Shown: positions 1 through 13,521 of the stretch, one piece after another | Position numbering within the stretch: position 1 is the first letter of the stretch | How the letters are laid out: every line of letters begins with the position of its first letter | Origin: Chrysomallon squamiferum | Taxonomy: Eukaryota; Animalia; Mollusca | DNA: 64,000 bases | Direction: 5' to 3' | NCBI GenBank assembly: GCA_012295275.1 | Contig: CM022671.1 | Location: forward strand, 17,608,001 to 17,672,000 | Program-made: the position numbers and the translations under genes | Notes under the pieces: generated by a model | What the model was told of the DNA's origin: nothing | The model's input: the letters and a program-made list of their open reading frames with translations, nothing else | Database searches by the model: none

Positions 1-176
1 AGAAAAATTGTTTCAAATTACAGTGTTAACTGAGATACAAATTGAAAAATGTTGTAATGTTTAATTATACAATTTGTTTTTATTGTCTGAACATTTTTTA
101 TGAGTCGTCATTTATTAGTTATATGAGAATATAAACATATCGTGGTAACATCTGGACATAAATGTGTGTGGTATGG

Positions 177-178
<2 letters not shown>

Positions 179-228
<50 letters not shown>

Positions 229-260
229 GTATGTATGTGTATGTATGTGTGTGTATGTGT

Positions 261-308
<48 letters not shown>

Positions 309-342
309 ATGTATGTGTGTATATGTGTGTGTGTGTGTGTGT
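179..342. repeat. Compound (TG)n/(TATG)n microsatellite
   Basis: Directly visible. Confidence 0.95.
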
Positions 343-377
343 CCAGTATTTCAACAGAGTGCATGGAGGGTGTGTGT

Positions 378-469
378 GCCATCATTATGTTAAAATTAAC
401 TTTGCAATGAGGCAACCAGGGTGGCGCCATCATTATGTTAAAATTAACTTTTGCAATGAGGAAACCAGG
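378..469. repeat. Tandem duplication of a ~43-bp segment (period ~48 bp)
   Basis: gccatcattatgttaaaattaactttgcaatgaggcaaccagg (378-420) versus gccatcattatgttaaaattaacttttgcaatgaggaaaccagg (426-469). Confidence 0.92.
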
Positions 470-848
470 AATGAAAAAAAAAAAAAAAATGATCTAGCTA
501 TAAAAAAAAGGAAAAAAAAAAAAAAATGATGGTTGGGCGGACCAGGGTACCTCTGTGTCTGAAACTGTGAAATGCGTCTGAGATCACTGAAATATCTGTG
601 TTAGTGTCCCGGAATCGAGTGGAGCACTGAATGACTCTGATAAGGCGCGGCTGTTGTGCTCATTGTTCCTGGTTAACGTTACTGCAGCGCGAGTTGAAGT
701 AACACGTGCGTTTAGTGCGGTCGATACGGTAATGCGCTGTTTGTGAAAAAAAAAAACTCTTTCACACGACCAAATGAGGCTTAACACCTCTACAAAATAG
801 TCGTAATGCTTATTGACAGTAAATAAAATCTTGCTAAGTCAACAGTTT

Positions 849-936
<88 letters not shown>

Positions 937-1756
937 TTTTACGTACCCAAAATAAACTGAAATAAGACTGTGCAAGATGTACGTATTTTAAATACATGCA
1001 AAAGTAGTTATATACTGATAAATGTCTGTTTGTCTATTTATCTATCTATCCAAAACTCTCTCTCTCTCTCACACACACACATATATACACACACACACAC
1101 ACACAAACACTACACACTCATATACACATGCTTAGTAGACATGTCAAAATAACTGACTAATATATGGTCTAAATTTATGTACCTGACAGTAATAAAAACA
1201 AAAATAAATCATATATAACTATAAGCTTATTTCAACATAAACCATAAAAAATTACAATATGGCACTGATACATTCATAAACACGTAACATGATATTTAAT
1301 ATATTTTATTACAAACGACACACAAGCTCGCATACAGTCATAATGAGAACTATCAATCACGTACTACATAAAAAAAAAAAAAAAAAAAAAAAAAATGACG
1401 ATATCGTCATTTTGTGAATACATTTTGCTACTAACAATGATTATATTACCAGCCTCCATTTCGAGAAGAAAATGGAGAATTACACACACACACACACACA
1501 CATATATTAATACTGAAACAATTTATGATACAGTTCTGTCAAAAAACAAAATTAAAAAAATTAAAAGATCGGAGCCCAAGATCCACTTTCTCGGATGAGA
1601 GTAGAAGTACAAACATTCATACAGACAAGCAGTCCGTCCCATGAGTGGAAATGACGTACAACTGAAACGAAGAAAACATTTTTAAAACTGAGCAATCGAT
1701 CAGTTTTCAGTGTCTAAACCTCCTCTGCAGCAACACAATGTTACCCTTTAGACTGG

Positions 1757-1757
1757 T

Positions 1758-1804
<47 letters not shown>

Positions 1805-1897
1805 TTATATTACTTTTTGTCTTGATTTGTATTGCATTTTTAATGGTATTATCTGTTACCCAAAATATAATGATGATGATTCTGATGAAGATACTAG

Positions 1898-1929
<32 letters not shown>

Positions 1930-1953
1930 TTAATAATAATAATAATAATAATA

Positions 1954-2006
<53 letters not shown>
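1757..2006. repeat. (TTTA)n plus (CTA)n(ATA)n(TTA)n microsatellite cluster
   Basis: Directly visible. Confidence 0.9.
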
Positions 2007-2007
<1 letters not shown>

Positions 2008-4419
2008 GTTACAGATTAAACATTTTCAATAATAATTGTAAAAAAAATATATATGTCATAATTATTAGTTATCTTATTACTGTTATTATCATCGTTATTA
2101 TTTTTATTATTATTTTTATTAATGCTATTATTTTTACTTAGGAAAAAAAAATCACTTTCACCGCGTTAGTTTGACTTAATTACATTAATTAATTAAACAG
2201 TCAATCTATCTGTGTTTTTTATTTTTTCTGCAGCTATTATTCTTGTTTTCGATTTTGTTTTCTTTCATTGTATTGTTCTACTTCTTTCTTCTTAACAATT
2301 TTAATTTTAATTTTTTTTTTATTTATTTTTTTTTTTTTATTATTATTCTTGGTCTAAAACGCTAAATGTGTTAAACGTCTCATTTAGTTATCTTTGTTCA
2401 ATGAGCGTTGCGTATCGCAAAAATCGATGTCAACGTCAGAAAAAAAACGTCAAATTCGTCAGCCGGGAAGTTCGAGCTGTGCAATTTCTTACTTCCGGCA
2501 GATGGTGATTGGTCTCAACGTCTTCAAATTGCTGGTGTTAATGCGCGACAAAAATTATTTCCTCAAAACAGAAAAGCGAATGGGAAGTTCCTCGAAACGC
2601 GTCGTACGTGCAATTATTGTCAATATATCCCTCGTTTCGTATGTGATAATGTTTCTCGATTATTTTCGCCGGTAATAACCGCACGCAATTTCAAATCAAT
2701 CAGCGTATCTGCTGGGCGTGAACAAAGGATTTAGAACGGTTTGTCACAACGCTGAAATGGTCAGACACGACACAAAGACAAACAGGTGTACAGATTGTAT
2801 CCTGAATTTTTCTTTTACATGATTATTTTTGAAGCCTATTTTTTTTTTTTTTTTTTTTTTTTTGTTTTTGTAATAAATCGGATAAAGGTATGTTTGTAAA
2901 GGTTAATAAAGGTAGTTTGTAATACTTGAGTGTGTGTGTATATATATATTTAATGTACATACATACCTATAAAGATATATATATAAATATACATACGTAC
3001 ATGCATACCTACATACATATATGCACATACATACATATATATAAACATATATACATACAGAGACACATAAACACATTCTTATACACACACGTACACGTGT
3101 ATACATACACACACACATATACCCGCACATGAATATCTACAAATGTATAATAAAATGGCACAAAGCTCAGGTACTGACAACATGAACATATTAGGGAAGA
3201 CATTTCGACCATTTTCTTCGTTTGGACAGATAAATATGTCTACCTGACAGTTTCAAAGATCGACCTTGCGTCCAACAATGAAAACAACTGACGTTTTAGA
3301 AAAGACAAATAATACGAAAGAGCTTTATCAGTTTCCTTTCTTTCCCGTTGCAATATTAGCGATACATGATAGTTTGTTGATAAAGCAGTAACAAACAGAA
3401 GAGAACAATTAAACACTTTTTTATATCAATACGTTTTGAAAGGCAGTGGAAATACTTGAGTGTCTCAATTACTATTTCTTGTAAAGAGCTCGTTCTAAAT
3501 TATATTTGACTGTTAACTGACAGATAAAACCACTGTTAAAATAATGAAAAACATGAAAGAGGAGACAATGGGGGATATTTCCTGGAATCGACTGAATAAA
3601 AGTTACTATTTTTATTTTATTTATTTATTTTAAATTTTTTTATTTAACCGATTTATTTTATTTGTTGGTTTTTTTGTTGTTATTTATTTTTGTTGGTTGT
3701 TATTTATTTACTGTATTGTATTATATTATATTATAATATATTATATTATATTTTTATTGTATATTATGTTATATTTTTATTATATATATATATATATATA
3801 TATCATATATTTATTATCATCATTATATCTGAATTCGAATAATAATTAAACAAAATCTCAAAAAAAAAAAAAAAAAAGGTATCGTTAAATAGATGTTCAC
3901 TGATTTGAAATACGACACATTCAGCTAAACTTTTGATAAATTCTAAACATTCCATATTGTAGTATTACGTAATAATGATTAACAAACAGACGCACACTAC
4001 CATGTCCAGTCCTCTGAGTTACGACTGCGCGGAAATTTAAGCGTTCTAAATAAAACCGTATCTCTGCTGATTGATTATGCACGAGTAACACAAAATTTCA
4101 CGTTACAGCGTCAATCTTTGACCTTTGACATCGCGATCAATAAAGTTTTATATATCATTGTATATTCCCATGTTTTACAACAAAATAATGACCTTGACGA
4201 TGGAGTTTTATTGAATTAAAAAGAAGCAATCCAGTTAAGTTGAAGTATTTATTTTATGATAATGCAAAAATGCATACGACCTGGAAATGACGTTCATAGA
4301 ACAGAATGTTTCAGTTTTTTTTTTTTTTTTTTTAAATTTTTGTTTTTAATATCATACATGAAACAAAAAGCACATTACTGCTGAAGACATAACAAATAAC
4401 TAACATCGGATAAAAATCT

Positions 4420-5340
4420 GTTAATACGAGATATGATACTACAAATACATCCCTGCTTATGTAACATAAGAAACCGCAAATATATCACAGCTAATACCAG
4501 GTAAAAACTAGAAACATATTGCTGCTAATGATTACGAGATAAACTCCAGAAATATCCTACTGATAACATCAGACACGATACTGAAATAAATTTACTGCTT
4601 ATATAAAATCAGAAATCACCAAACATGTCACAGGTATATCAGATACGAAGATTATAAGTATATCACAGATAGCATCAAATAAATGCCATAAACAGAATGC
4701 TGTAAAATTAGATAAGAAATCACAGTCATATCAAAGCTAATATCATACAAACACGCTATAGGTAATACTACAAATATATTACAAAATCACAAGCATATCT
4801 TTGTTAATATGAGAAAAGAAACCACAAAAATATATCTGCTAATATGATATAAGAACTCACAAATGTATCACAGTCAATATTAGAAAAGAAACCACAAATA
4901 CATCATCGTTCATACCCTATAAGAAACCATAAATATATCATATCTCATAGCATTTAAGAAACGACAAATATATCATGGTCACAACACGTAAGAAATAACA
5001 AAAAAATCACAGTTGATATGAAAACAGAAACCACAAATAAATCTTAGATCATATCAGATAAAAACGACAAATATATCTCAGCTTATATCAGACAAAAACC
5101 ACAAAAATATCTTAAATCATATCAGATAAAAACCACAAATATATCTTAGATCATATCAGATAAAAACCACCAATATATCTTAGATCATATCAGATAATAA
5201 CCTACAAATATATCTTCGATCATATCAGATAATAACCTACAAATATATCTTAGATCATATCAGATAATAACCTACAAATATATCTTAGATCATATCAGAT
5301 AATAACCTACAAATATATCTTAGATCATATCAGATAAAAC
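4420..5340. repeat. 34-35 bp minisatellite, degenerate on the left and homogeneous on the right
   Basis: Unit aaatatatcttagatcatatcagataataacctac is near-perfect at ~5171-5340 (e.g. 5241-5275, 5276-5310). Related aagaaaccacaaatatatc...-type units are traceable back to ~4420. Confidence 0.88.
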
Positions 5341-6406
5341 ACATAAAGGTATGGAGGCTAGTATGTAGTTGTTTTCAGTTCTTCTTTCACTGTTATAAAT
5401 AATCAAATCTTTGTGTGAAATTAAATAGACGTTTATAATTAAGTGTGTCAGTGCAACCACCAAAAGTGATCATAAATAAAATTTAAAAAAAATAAAATTT
5501 AAATAAAATTAAAAAAAAATAAAATAAATAAAAACGAGTTAAATATGTTAATGAGCACTGACTGAACTTCGGTCATGAATGTGAAACACATTAAGTGTTT
5601 GTTAACGATAATAAAAATAAACAACGTTATTGAACATAAACTGGAAATATGGGCTGAATTGGAATTACATATACAATTAAAAAAAAAAAAAAAAAAAAAA
5701 AATTTTTATTCTTCATTTCATGACCGTTTTATATTTTTAATTTTTAATCATATGCTTCATTTATTTATTTCTTAAAACCTCTATTGCAGGTAGGTCGAAA
5801 CGATATAATGTTAATTCTTATTTTGTTTTTGTCCCATCCGTTTGGCAGTGGAAGTGGACAAAGTTATCCAGTTTGTTTTACCTTTTATTTCGTGTTCCGA
5901 AATTTGCTCTTCTTAACAGAAACAGTAATACTATCAAAGTTTTATATATATATATATATATATACATATACATGCCAGTGTGTTTGTGTGGGCAATCAGC
6001 TTGCCTTACCCGCGGGTCTATGGCACATAAATGCAGGCACAAATACACACACATACACATATCGATCTTTTACGTGTTAAGTAATAGCATTAGATTACAA
6101 AGATATTAATTTTTAGGCGTATGCGTTTTCAAAAATTCAATACAGTTAGTAGTCATACCTTCTAATTATTAAGTTTTATTGTGTTAGATTGATCACGCAT
6201 TAAAATGTTTGGGCGTCAAGTTCAGACTCTTTGTTAAATTAAACAGGGAACAGTTTCTTGGTTAAAAAAAAATAAAAAAAAAAAATAAAGAAATAAAGAA
6301 GAAAAAGAAGAAAAGAAAAAGAAATATTATATATTAATACGAACCGCCCGAAAGATGACATCAAAGAAAGGGGCGAAAAGCCCACATCAAAAAAAGTTTC
6401 AGTATT

Positions 6407-7031
6407 TGTACTGTATTGTATTCAGTTGTACTGTGTAATACTGTATTATAATTTTCTGTTTTACCGTATTGTATTCACTGTACTATAGAGTATTCCGTTG
6501 TACTGTATAATACTGTATTATAATTTTCTGTTTTACTGTATTGTATTCACTGTACTATAGTGTATTCCTTTGTACTGTATAATACTGTATTATAATTTTC
6601 TGTTTTACTGTATTGTATTCACTGTACTATAGTGTATTCCTGTTGTACTGTATTGTATTCACTGTATTAGTGTATTCCTTTGTATATATTTTTCTATTTT
6701 ACCGTATTGTATTCACTGTACTATAGTGTATTACGTTGTATTGTAAAATGTTGTATTATAATGTTCTTTTTTATGCATTGTATTTCACTGTACTATATTG
6801 TATTCCTTTGTACTATATAATAAATATTGCATTGTAATTTTCTATTGTGATGTATTGTACTTCAGTGTACTTTGTTGTATTCCGTTGTACTGTACAATAC
6901 TGTATTTTAATTTTCTGCCTGAATTGTATAAATTTTAATACCTGTCAGTTGCATTTGGTAGATTAATAAAAGATTTAACCTAATGTTTGTTTTTAAAGCT
7001 GGGCTGTTTTATTATTACTAATACTTAATTA

Positions 7032-7090
<59 letters not shown>

Positions 7091-7173
7091 ATGAATAAAC
7101 AAACTAATTAATTAATTTATTAATTCATACATATAAAAAGAATAAAAGAAAGAAAGAAGGTATAGATAAAAAC

Positions 7174-7209
<36 letters not shown>

Positions 7210-7221
7210 CATCTTACACTA
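6407..7221 (+). mobile_element. Composite dispersed repeat copy 1: expanded 72-bp core array + unique segment + (TAAA)n + (GA)n
   Basis: aattttctg recurs at 6450, 6522 and 6594 (period 72). The 3' segment ctgcctgaattgtata...cctgtcagttgcatttggtagattaataaaagatttaacc...gaaggtatagataaaaacatac(ag)n is near-identical to copies 2 and 3. Confidence 0.8.
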
Positions 7222-7569
7222 TTATAATTTTGTGTTTTACTGTATTGTGTTCACTGTACTATAGTGTATTACGTTGTATTGTAAAATGTTGTATTATAAT
7301 GTTCTTTTGTATGCATTGTATTTCACTGTACTATATTGTATTCCTTTGTACTATATAATAAATATTGCATTGTAATTTTCTATTGTGATGTATTGTACTT
7401 CAGTGTACTTTGTTGTATTCCGTTGTACTGTACAATACTGTATTTTAATTTTCTGCCTGAATTGTATAAATTTTAATACCTGTCAGTTGCATTTGGTAGA
7501 TTAATAAAAGATTTAACCTAATGTTTGTTTTTAAAGCTGGGCTGTTTTATTATTACTAATACTTAATTA

Positions 7570-7616
<47 letters not shown>

Positions 7617-7699
7617 ATGAACAAACAAACTAATTAATTTATTTATTAATTCATATATATAAAAAGAATAAAAGAAAGAAAGAAGGTATAGATAAAAAC

Positions 7700-7772
<73 letters not shown>
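7205..7772 (+). mobile_element. Composite dispersed repeat copy 2 (head-to-tail with copy 1)
   Basis: Starts at the junction gaatacatcttacacta (7205-7221), then has the same core/unique/(TAAA)n/(GA)n order, and ends in the GA tract. Confidence 0.8.
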
Positions 7773-7774
<2 letters not shown>

Positions 7775-8166
7775 ATAAATAATAACATATTATTATATTG
7801 ATGGTTAAAAAGGGAGAATCTGGATGAAAGAAAACTCTGTCTAAATTATCAGTTTTTTCTGTGAATTATATACAAGAAGAGCCTGCAGTCTAATAACGTC
7901 TGGAAATTACTTAGGCTAGGTGGGGAGAATGTTGGCAAATGTTCAGGAAATAGCAGTAACATATGATCGAAATAATTACATCCTCGCATAATGCTAAGCT
8001 GTTACAAAAAGAACACATTTCACTTTTTGAGTCGGAATCGTTCTCGGGCCTGGCAGAGTCTGTGTGATGCAAACACGTGTCTGTAATTACATTTAATCTA
8101 GTAAATAGCGCTTCAAGTTAAATTTAATATGAAATTTTTTAAGTGGAAACAAAACGAGAGATGTAG

Positions 8167-8288
<122 letters not shown>

Positions 8289-8621
8289 TATGAAACTATA
8301 TTAAATATAATAAATAATCGAGACATGGCGGTGCGGTTATGGTAATCTGTGTGAACAACAAATATCGAAGGCAAAGAAATAATTAAAATAATGATGTTAT
8401 TACACACAATTATAAATTAGCATTAACACCGATTATGAAATAAACGCAATGCTGGGCTTACGCAATATTATGAAATATTTATCTTCCATGTATGTTGAGA
8501 ATTTACCAGTCGCAAAATACATTTTAAAAATAAGCAAGAAAATAAAATAAAATAAAATAAAATAAAATAAAATAAAATAAAATAAAATAAATTTATAAAT
8601 AAATAAATAAATAAACATACA

Positions 8622-8670
<49 letters not shown>

Positions 8671-9613
8671 GCAAGTAAACCATCTGATAGGTTTATAATA
8701 TGGAAAAAGCATATACATAAACAACTTGTTTCGAAATGGAATTTGCAACAGAATGAAAAATAACACAGAAACATGAAATAAGTAGTTTCACTGTTTACCT
8801 GTTGCTATACTGCAGTTAATGTTCAGTCAACTACAGAGATGCAGTGAGCTCTTATTTATACACAAACATATTTACCTACACTGAACAACCACAACTACAG
8901 CATGCTAAAAATCGTACTGGGAATTATAATTATTTTAAACAAATTAGACATGTGGGTGCAATAGTTTAAAACTCTTAACATCCCTTTCGCTGTATTCTAT
9001 ACAAACACTTATCATGTTGGAAGATAGCAAGAAAAAAAAAATCAAGAAGAATTAAAGTAAAGAAAAATAATTATATAGATAATTACAAAGAAGAAACACT
9101 TATGGGGGGGTAAAGGGATTAGATATTATGAATGTACATGAAAGAGAGTATCTCGAAGACAAAAAAAACTGATGAAAGTAAAGTTTTTAAACACCAGTTT
9201 GATTTCTGTTACAAAAAATATTTCTGAACAATCGTTAATGCTTACAAGTCATGCGTGGTCAAAGTTTCTGAATATTATACAGTTATAATGTCAAATACTT
9301 TCTTATTCTTTCTGAAGCGTGGTTCATCGATGTAATGTTAATTTATAGGGCAAAAAAAAAAAAAAATTAAACATGGATTTTTCGTAAGAACTGATGTACA
9401 ACAGGAAGACTAAAAGTCTCGTGTAGGTAGACTGCTCCACACGTTTTGTCGTGTGGCGTGACATGATGACGCTTTCTGTCGTTTTCTCTCGATAACGCCT
9501 GAGGAGGCCGCTGTAATTTGTAACATGCCAGACCTCCGAACATACGTCATAACCAACTCATTTTAATAATCTATGACATGTAATAAGTGAGCTTTTTGCC
9601 AAAGAAATGGGAT

Positions 9614-9619
9614 ACTTAC
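9614..9619 (-). other. 5' splice donor GG|GTAAGT (phase 2, inside first Gly of the GYG filter); the following intron extends past the window start
   Basis: Plus strand ACTTAC at 9614-9619 reads GTAAGT on minus, directly after ...ACG CTC GG. An intron after TTLG matches the exon 1/2 boundary known for vertebrate KCND genes. No YGDMVP-type exon was seen in 1-9613. Confidence 0.93.
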
Positions 9620-10725
9620 CCGAGCGTTGTCATGGTGACGATGGTATACCAAAACGACGCCGGAATACTGGTAAATTTTGTTTCCTCGACGTTCTTTTCT
9701 GCATAAAACATGACTGTGGCAAAAATAATGATTGCCATTGAGAGCGAAAACAGAAGGAAGCCAAGTTCACTGGCACAACTTTTCAAAGTGTAACCAAGAA
9801 TACGTAATCCTTGTGAATGCCTCGAGAACTTGAAGATCCTAAATACACGAAATACACGAAGGGTGACGAAGGCACCGCTGACGTCGTCGTTGTCCGTAAT
9901 TACGAGACCAATGTAATAGGGCAAGATGGCGACGACGTCGATGACTGACATGACGCTGCGCATGAACTTAATCCTGCTTGGAGCCGCGAACAGGCGCAAC
10001 ATGTACTCTGCTGTGAAGATCATAACACAGGCGGTGTCCAGACAGAAGAACGCTATGGAGTACCTCTCCCCACATGGAAGGTTTTCTTTCTCTCCTCTCT
10101 TTTTCCCACAAGGGACAGTTTCTATAACGTTGGCAATGACGGAAATCGCAATGAAAAATCCCGTAACGTAGTAAAACACCAAAGCTGCAGTACTTATATG
10201 AGGGTTTTCAAACGCACGCCACATTTTCTCCCTGAGTGTACCCGCCGGATTGCTGTCCCCATTTTCCGAACCTTTGTCGTCTAGCAGTCTTTCTTGATTC
10301 TCTCTTTTCCTATCCCTGTAATCTTCGTAACAGCAGTCGCCTATAATATCGGGAAGAATGCCATAAAACGCCAACTCGTCGTCGTACGCACTGATACACT
10401 CGTGTTTCGGGTAGTGCAATCTACCCGTGCGGTAATAATTGAGGACGTGCCTGAACAAATCGGGATCCCTGTCGAAGAAATATTCCTTAGTCTCGTCGTC
10501 GAAAAAGAAGTCTTTTTCGTTCGACCCCAACAACGTGTCCGGATACTTTTCCAGAGTAGTTCTCCATGTTTCGAATCGCCTTCCACTCACGTTGATGAGC
10601 ATCTTTTCGTCGCCCCTCTTGTGCTCTGGAATTATCCGGTTCTGGGGCAAGGGGTTGGTGGCGATGGGTACCCACCCGATCGCCGAAGCACGGGCGAACG
10701 GTAACCAGGCCGCCACTGATGCCAT
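9620..10725 (-). CDS. Shal: Shal/Kv4 (KCND-family) voltage-gated potassium channel alpha subunit, first coding exon (368 codons + 2 nt; partial gene)
   Basis: Translation has the Kv4 N-terminus [20 protein letters not shown], the T1/BTB domain ([11 protein letters not shown]...EYFFDRDP) with the HX5CX20CC zinc site (HYPKHEC...GDCC), S1-S3, the S4 sensor [13 protein letters not shown], the S4-S5 linker and S5 ([23 protein letters not shown]) and the pore helix [12 protein letters not shown]. Start context ACGATGG has A at -3 and G at +4. The ORF-track stop (TAA 9618-9616) lies inside the GTAAGT donor, so it is not the true end. Confidence 0.98.
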
Positions 10726-10763
10726 CGTGCTTTTTCCCTTTGAGGAGAAAAAATCTGTATCCT

Positions 10764-10840
10764 CTGTGAAGACAATTTTGAAGCGTTAAGATCACACACG
10801 GGAATGATAAGGAAGGAAAAGGTATAAAATAAAAAAAAAA
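10764..10840 (-). other. Candidate 3' splice acceptor 38 nt upstream of the Shal ATG (implies an upstream 5' exon)
   Basis: Minus strand reads a pyrimidine tract (ttttttattttataccttttccttcctt), a branch-like CTTAAC (plus 10785-10790), then ttgtcttcacAG (AG = plus 10765-10764). There is no intervening AG. Confidence 0.6.
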
Positions 10841-10877
10841 CACGTTGTTGTTTGTTGTTTGTTTGTTTTCTTTTTTT

Positions 10878-10924
<47 letters not shown>

Positions 10925-11049
10925 ATTCCGCTTTTACAAATTCATAGAATCTAACAAGCGCACGCTAACATTCTCTCTCTCTCTCTTATTTCTTTTTTTC
11001 TTCTTTTTTTGCAGTTCGTGTTTTTGCCAAACAATAGCACAAGAAAACA

Positions 11050-11649
11050 GATATTGTCTCGGATACACTGGGTGGCCCTGTGTGGAAATATTACTACGTA
11101 TTCCGGGCCGAGCGAGCCGTCCCATCAGTCGAGTCGACACACGTACATCCCGCTGGTCGCATCAGCAGCAGCAGCAGCAACAGCAGCAGCACTGTAGTGA
11201 CGGTCCGCAACGCGATCACGAATGCTGTCGTGTCCCTCCGTAGTCCATAATGAAAAGACAGATCTATCGCAGACCCGGTTCCAACGGCGTCTTCTTGCAG
11301 TTGGTGCTCATAGTAGTATGGCGGCTGCACGGTGTAAAACCCGCTCGTTCTCTCTCTTTGTCTCTCACTCGCTGTCTGGCCAGCGCGGAATGTACTCTGC
11401 ACGAGTCGGTATTGATCAAGAAGCGTATTCAGCAGAGGCGGTACACTGTTTGCATAATTAGTTTTCTCTTTATACAAAATTCAATACTTGCCAACGCTGA
11501 TGTATATACAGTAACTATGGTTCAACTTCTAACCGAATTTCCTCCTCTCCTCTTCTTCTCTCTCTGTGTAAAAATGTTTTTCCTGACGTCACGTGCAAAA
11601 ATGCCTTGTTCCGTCTTCCGGGCTGCGCGGCTTTCTCGGCGGTGACGGT

Positions 11650-11685
<36 letters not shown>

Positions 11686-11800
11686 ACGTTACGTTGATCG
11701 CGCGCTTGCACGTAAATTCAACCGCTTACGACATACAGTTCCGTAATTAGGTTTCGAGATATGTGGCGGTTTTCGCTCGCTGTTGTTCGCAGACAACATT
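11050..11800 (-). promoter_or_regulatory. CpG-rich proximal region of Shal (candidate promoter/5' exon) with overlapping CRE and E-box
   Basis: Markedly more GC/CpG-rich than its flanks. TGACGTCA at 11584-11591 overlaps CACGTG at 11590-11595. Also contains (CAG)n at 11163-11190 and (TG)n at ~11653-11684. Confidence 0.5.
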
Positions 11801-11964
11801 GCTAATGAAGGCTTCATATATATATACACACGCGTAGCAAACAATACTCTACTCCTGCAGGGCAAGGCAAGTCTGTAACGTGGCGTTATTAACGACTAAA
11901 TTAAACGTAGATACGTATACACGCCTTGTGGTGATGAAAAACAGGTGAATTTGTTTGTTTGGTG

Positions 11965-11999
<35 letters not shown>

Positions 12000-12024
12000 T
12001 TTAACCATTTGTTTTTATTTTTCT

Positions 12025-12060
<36 letters not shown>

Positions 12061-13467
12061 CAAAGAAGATGTTAACTTCTGTTACTGAAGCAGTTCTCAT
12101 TAATCATTGAACGGTTGGCACGGAATATTCCAATAAGTGGATACGTCCTACGTGTGAATGAAACGCACGAGAAGAAGAAGCAACAGCAGCAGCACAACAA
12201 AAACCGTGATGTGAAAAACACGTTAACAACGTCATCGCCGATGTGATTCACGTCCAAGGCTGCAGACGCGGGATAACAGAATTACTTTTTATAAATAGCT
12301 CGGTGAAGTGGAGACATTATCAGTCTTTCATCAGAAAGATGGATTCAAAGTATCTGCCGCAATTACATCGTGTAATTAATATTAATAAGTGCACGTATAT
12401 CAAAAATGTATATATATATATATAAAATTATCATCAGTATTATTATTACTAATGTTACTCATGTTTATTATTATTATTATGTTGTTGTTGTTGTTGCTGC
12501 TGCTGATGTGACTATTTCTACTATTTATGATGCGACTGCTATTGTCAGTGAAGGTACTTATTATTTCACATTCTAAATATTTTCTGTTTATGCAGCTTCA
12601 TACTTTTATTTTATTTATTTTTAATTTTATTTAATTTTTTAAAAATTATTATTATTATTATTTTAATATTAATTATAATTTACATACAGTTTAATGTAAA
12701 TAAATGAAAAATAACACACAAGCTGTTGCTTGAACCCTCTAAACAAAAAAAATTAAAAATAATAATAATAAAATAAATAAATAAATAAATAAAATTTCAG
12801 TGTAGACCAAAGCCTACGCTTCTTCCTCGACAGTTCATGATTGTAACGTTATCAATTTATATCACACGGTACAAACTCGGGCAACACCGCTTACATCAAC
12901 AACACTTGGTGGCAATCGTAGTAAAAAGATGCCAAAAGCCATTTACAGCCTGCAAAGCTTGCTACACGTGTCTGTGTTCTGTTAAGCTAATCACAGAGTG
13001 TATTATGCATTATTGAAAAGTTCTGACTGGAATTTCTCTTCGTACACCAACAAAACCGCCACACTTGTGCAACGCTAGGAATTTCGCGGAAACAGTTTAA
13101 TTTTAAACGCGCTTCGCTGGTCGAAAGCAGACGGACAACAGGCACTTCGTTCGATTAGCTAATAATAGCATTTGTGACAAGGCGTAAACAAGGAACCGTT
13201 CTATTTTAGGCGCGTTTGTGTAAAAGGTTTGGGTTTCTCGAACCGAGCACGTGGTTCTACGCGAGTTACTAGAGACACGTGACTGCGTACAAGGGAGATA
13301 ATTGTAATTTCTTCATCTGCTTTATTATACTACATTTATATGAGAAATTAAAAGTATTTTGCCAAACTCGGTTGCAAAAATAGCAACGGTTTCTAAAATA
13401 CACATCTGCCATTGCTTGAATTTGCAGTTAAGAAACAATATATACACCTACGCACACAAACACACAG

Positions 13468-13521
<54 letters not shown>

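Noticed and set aside
115-529. His/Thr-, Cys/Val-, Arg/Glu-, Leu/Ser-, poly-Ile/Tyr/Phe ORFs here and throughout the window
   Set aside because: They are translations of (TG)n, (GA)n, (TACA)n, (ATT)n and poly-T tracts, with no coding signature.
1931-2006. Hairpin from (AAT)n followed by (ATT)n, and similar (TG)n/(CA)n pairs at 2.9-3.1 kb and 36.8-37.1 kb
   Set aside because: Complementarity arises trivially from abundant microsatellites and there are no unique-sequence arms.
3995-4020. GACATGGTAG on the minus strand as Shal exon 2 (YGDMVP)
   Set aside because: Context translates G-L-D-M-V-V, with no YG or P and no S6 sequence following.
5030-5340. 35-bp repeats as a CRISPR array
   Set aside because: Units are directly adjacent with no unique spacers, there are no cas genes, and the context is eukaryotic.
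9616-10725. The 369-aa ORF as a complete single-exon gene or truncated pseudogene
   Set aside because: The stop is part of the GTAAGT donor at the conserved Kv4 intron position and the reading frame is intact. S6 and the C-terminus should lie in exons outside the window.
9926-10843. Antisense and alternative-frame ORFs overlapping Shal
   Set aside because: Shadow ORFs of a GC-richer coding exon, with no recognisable domains.
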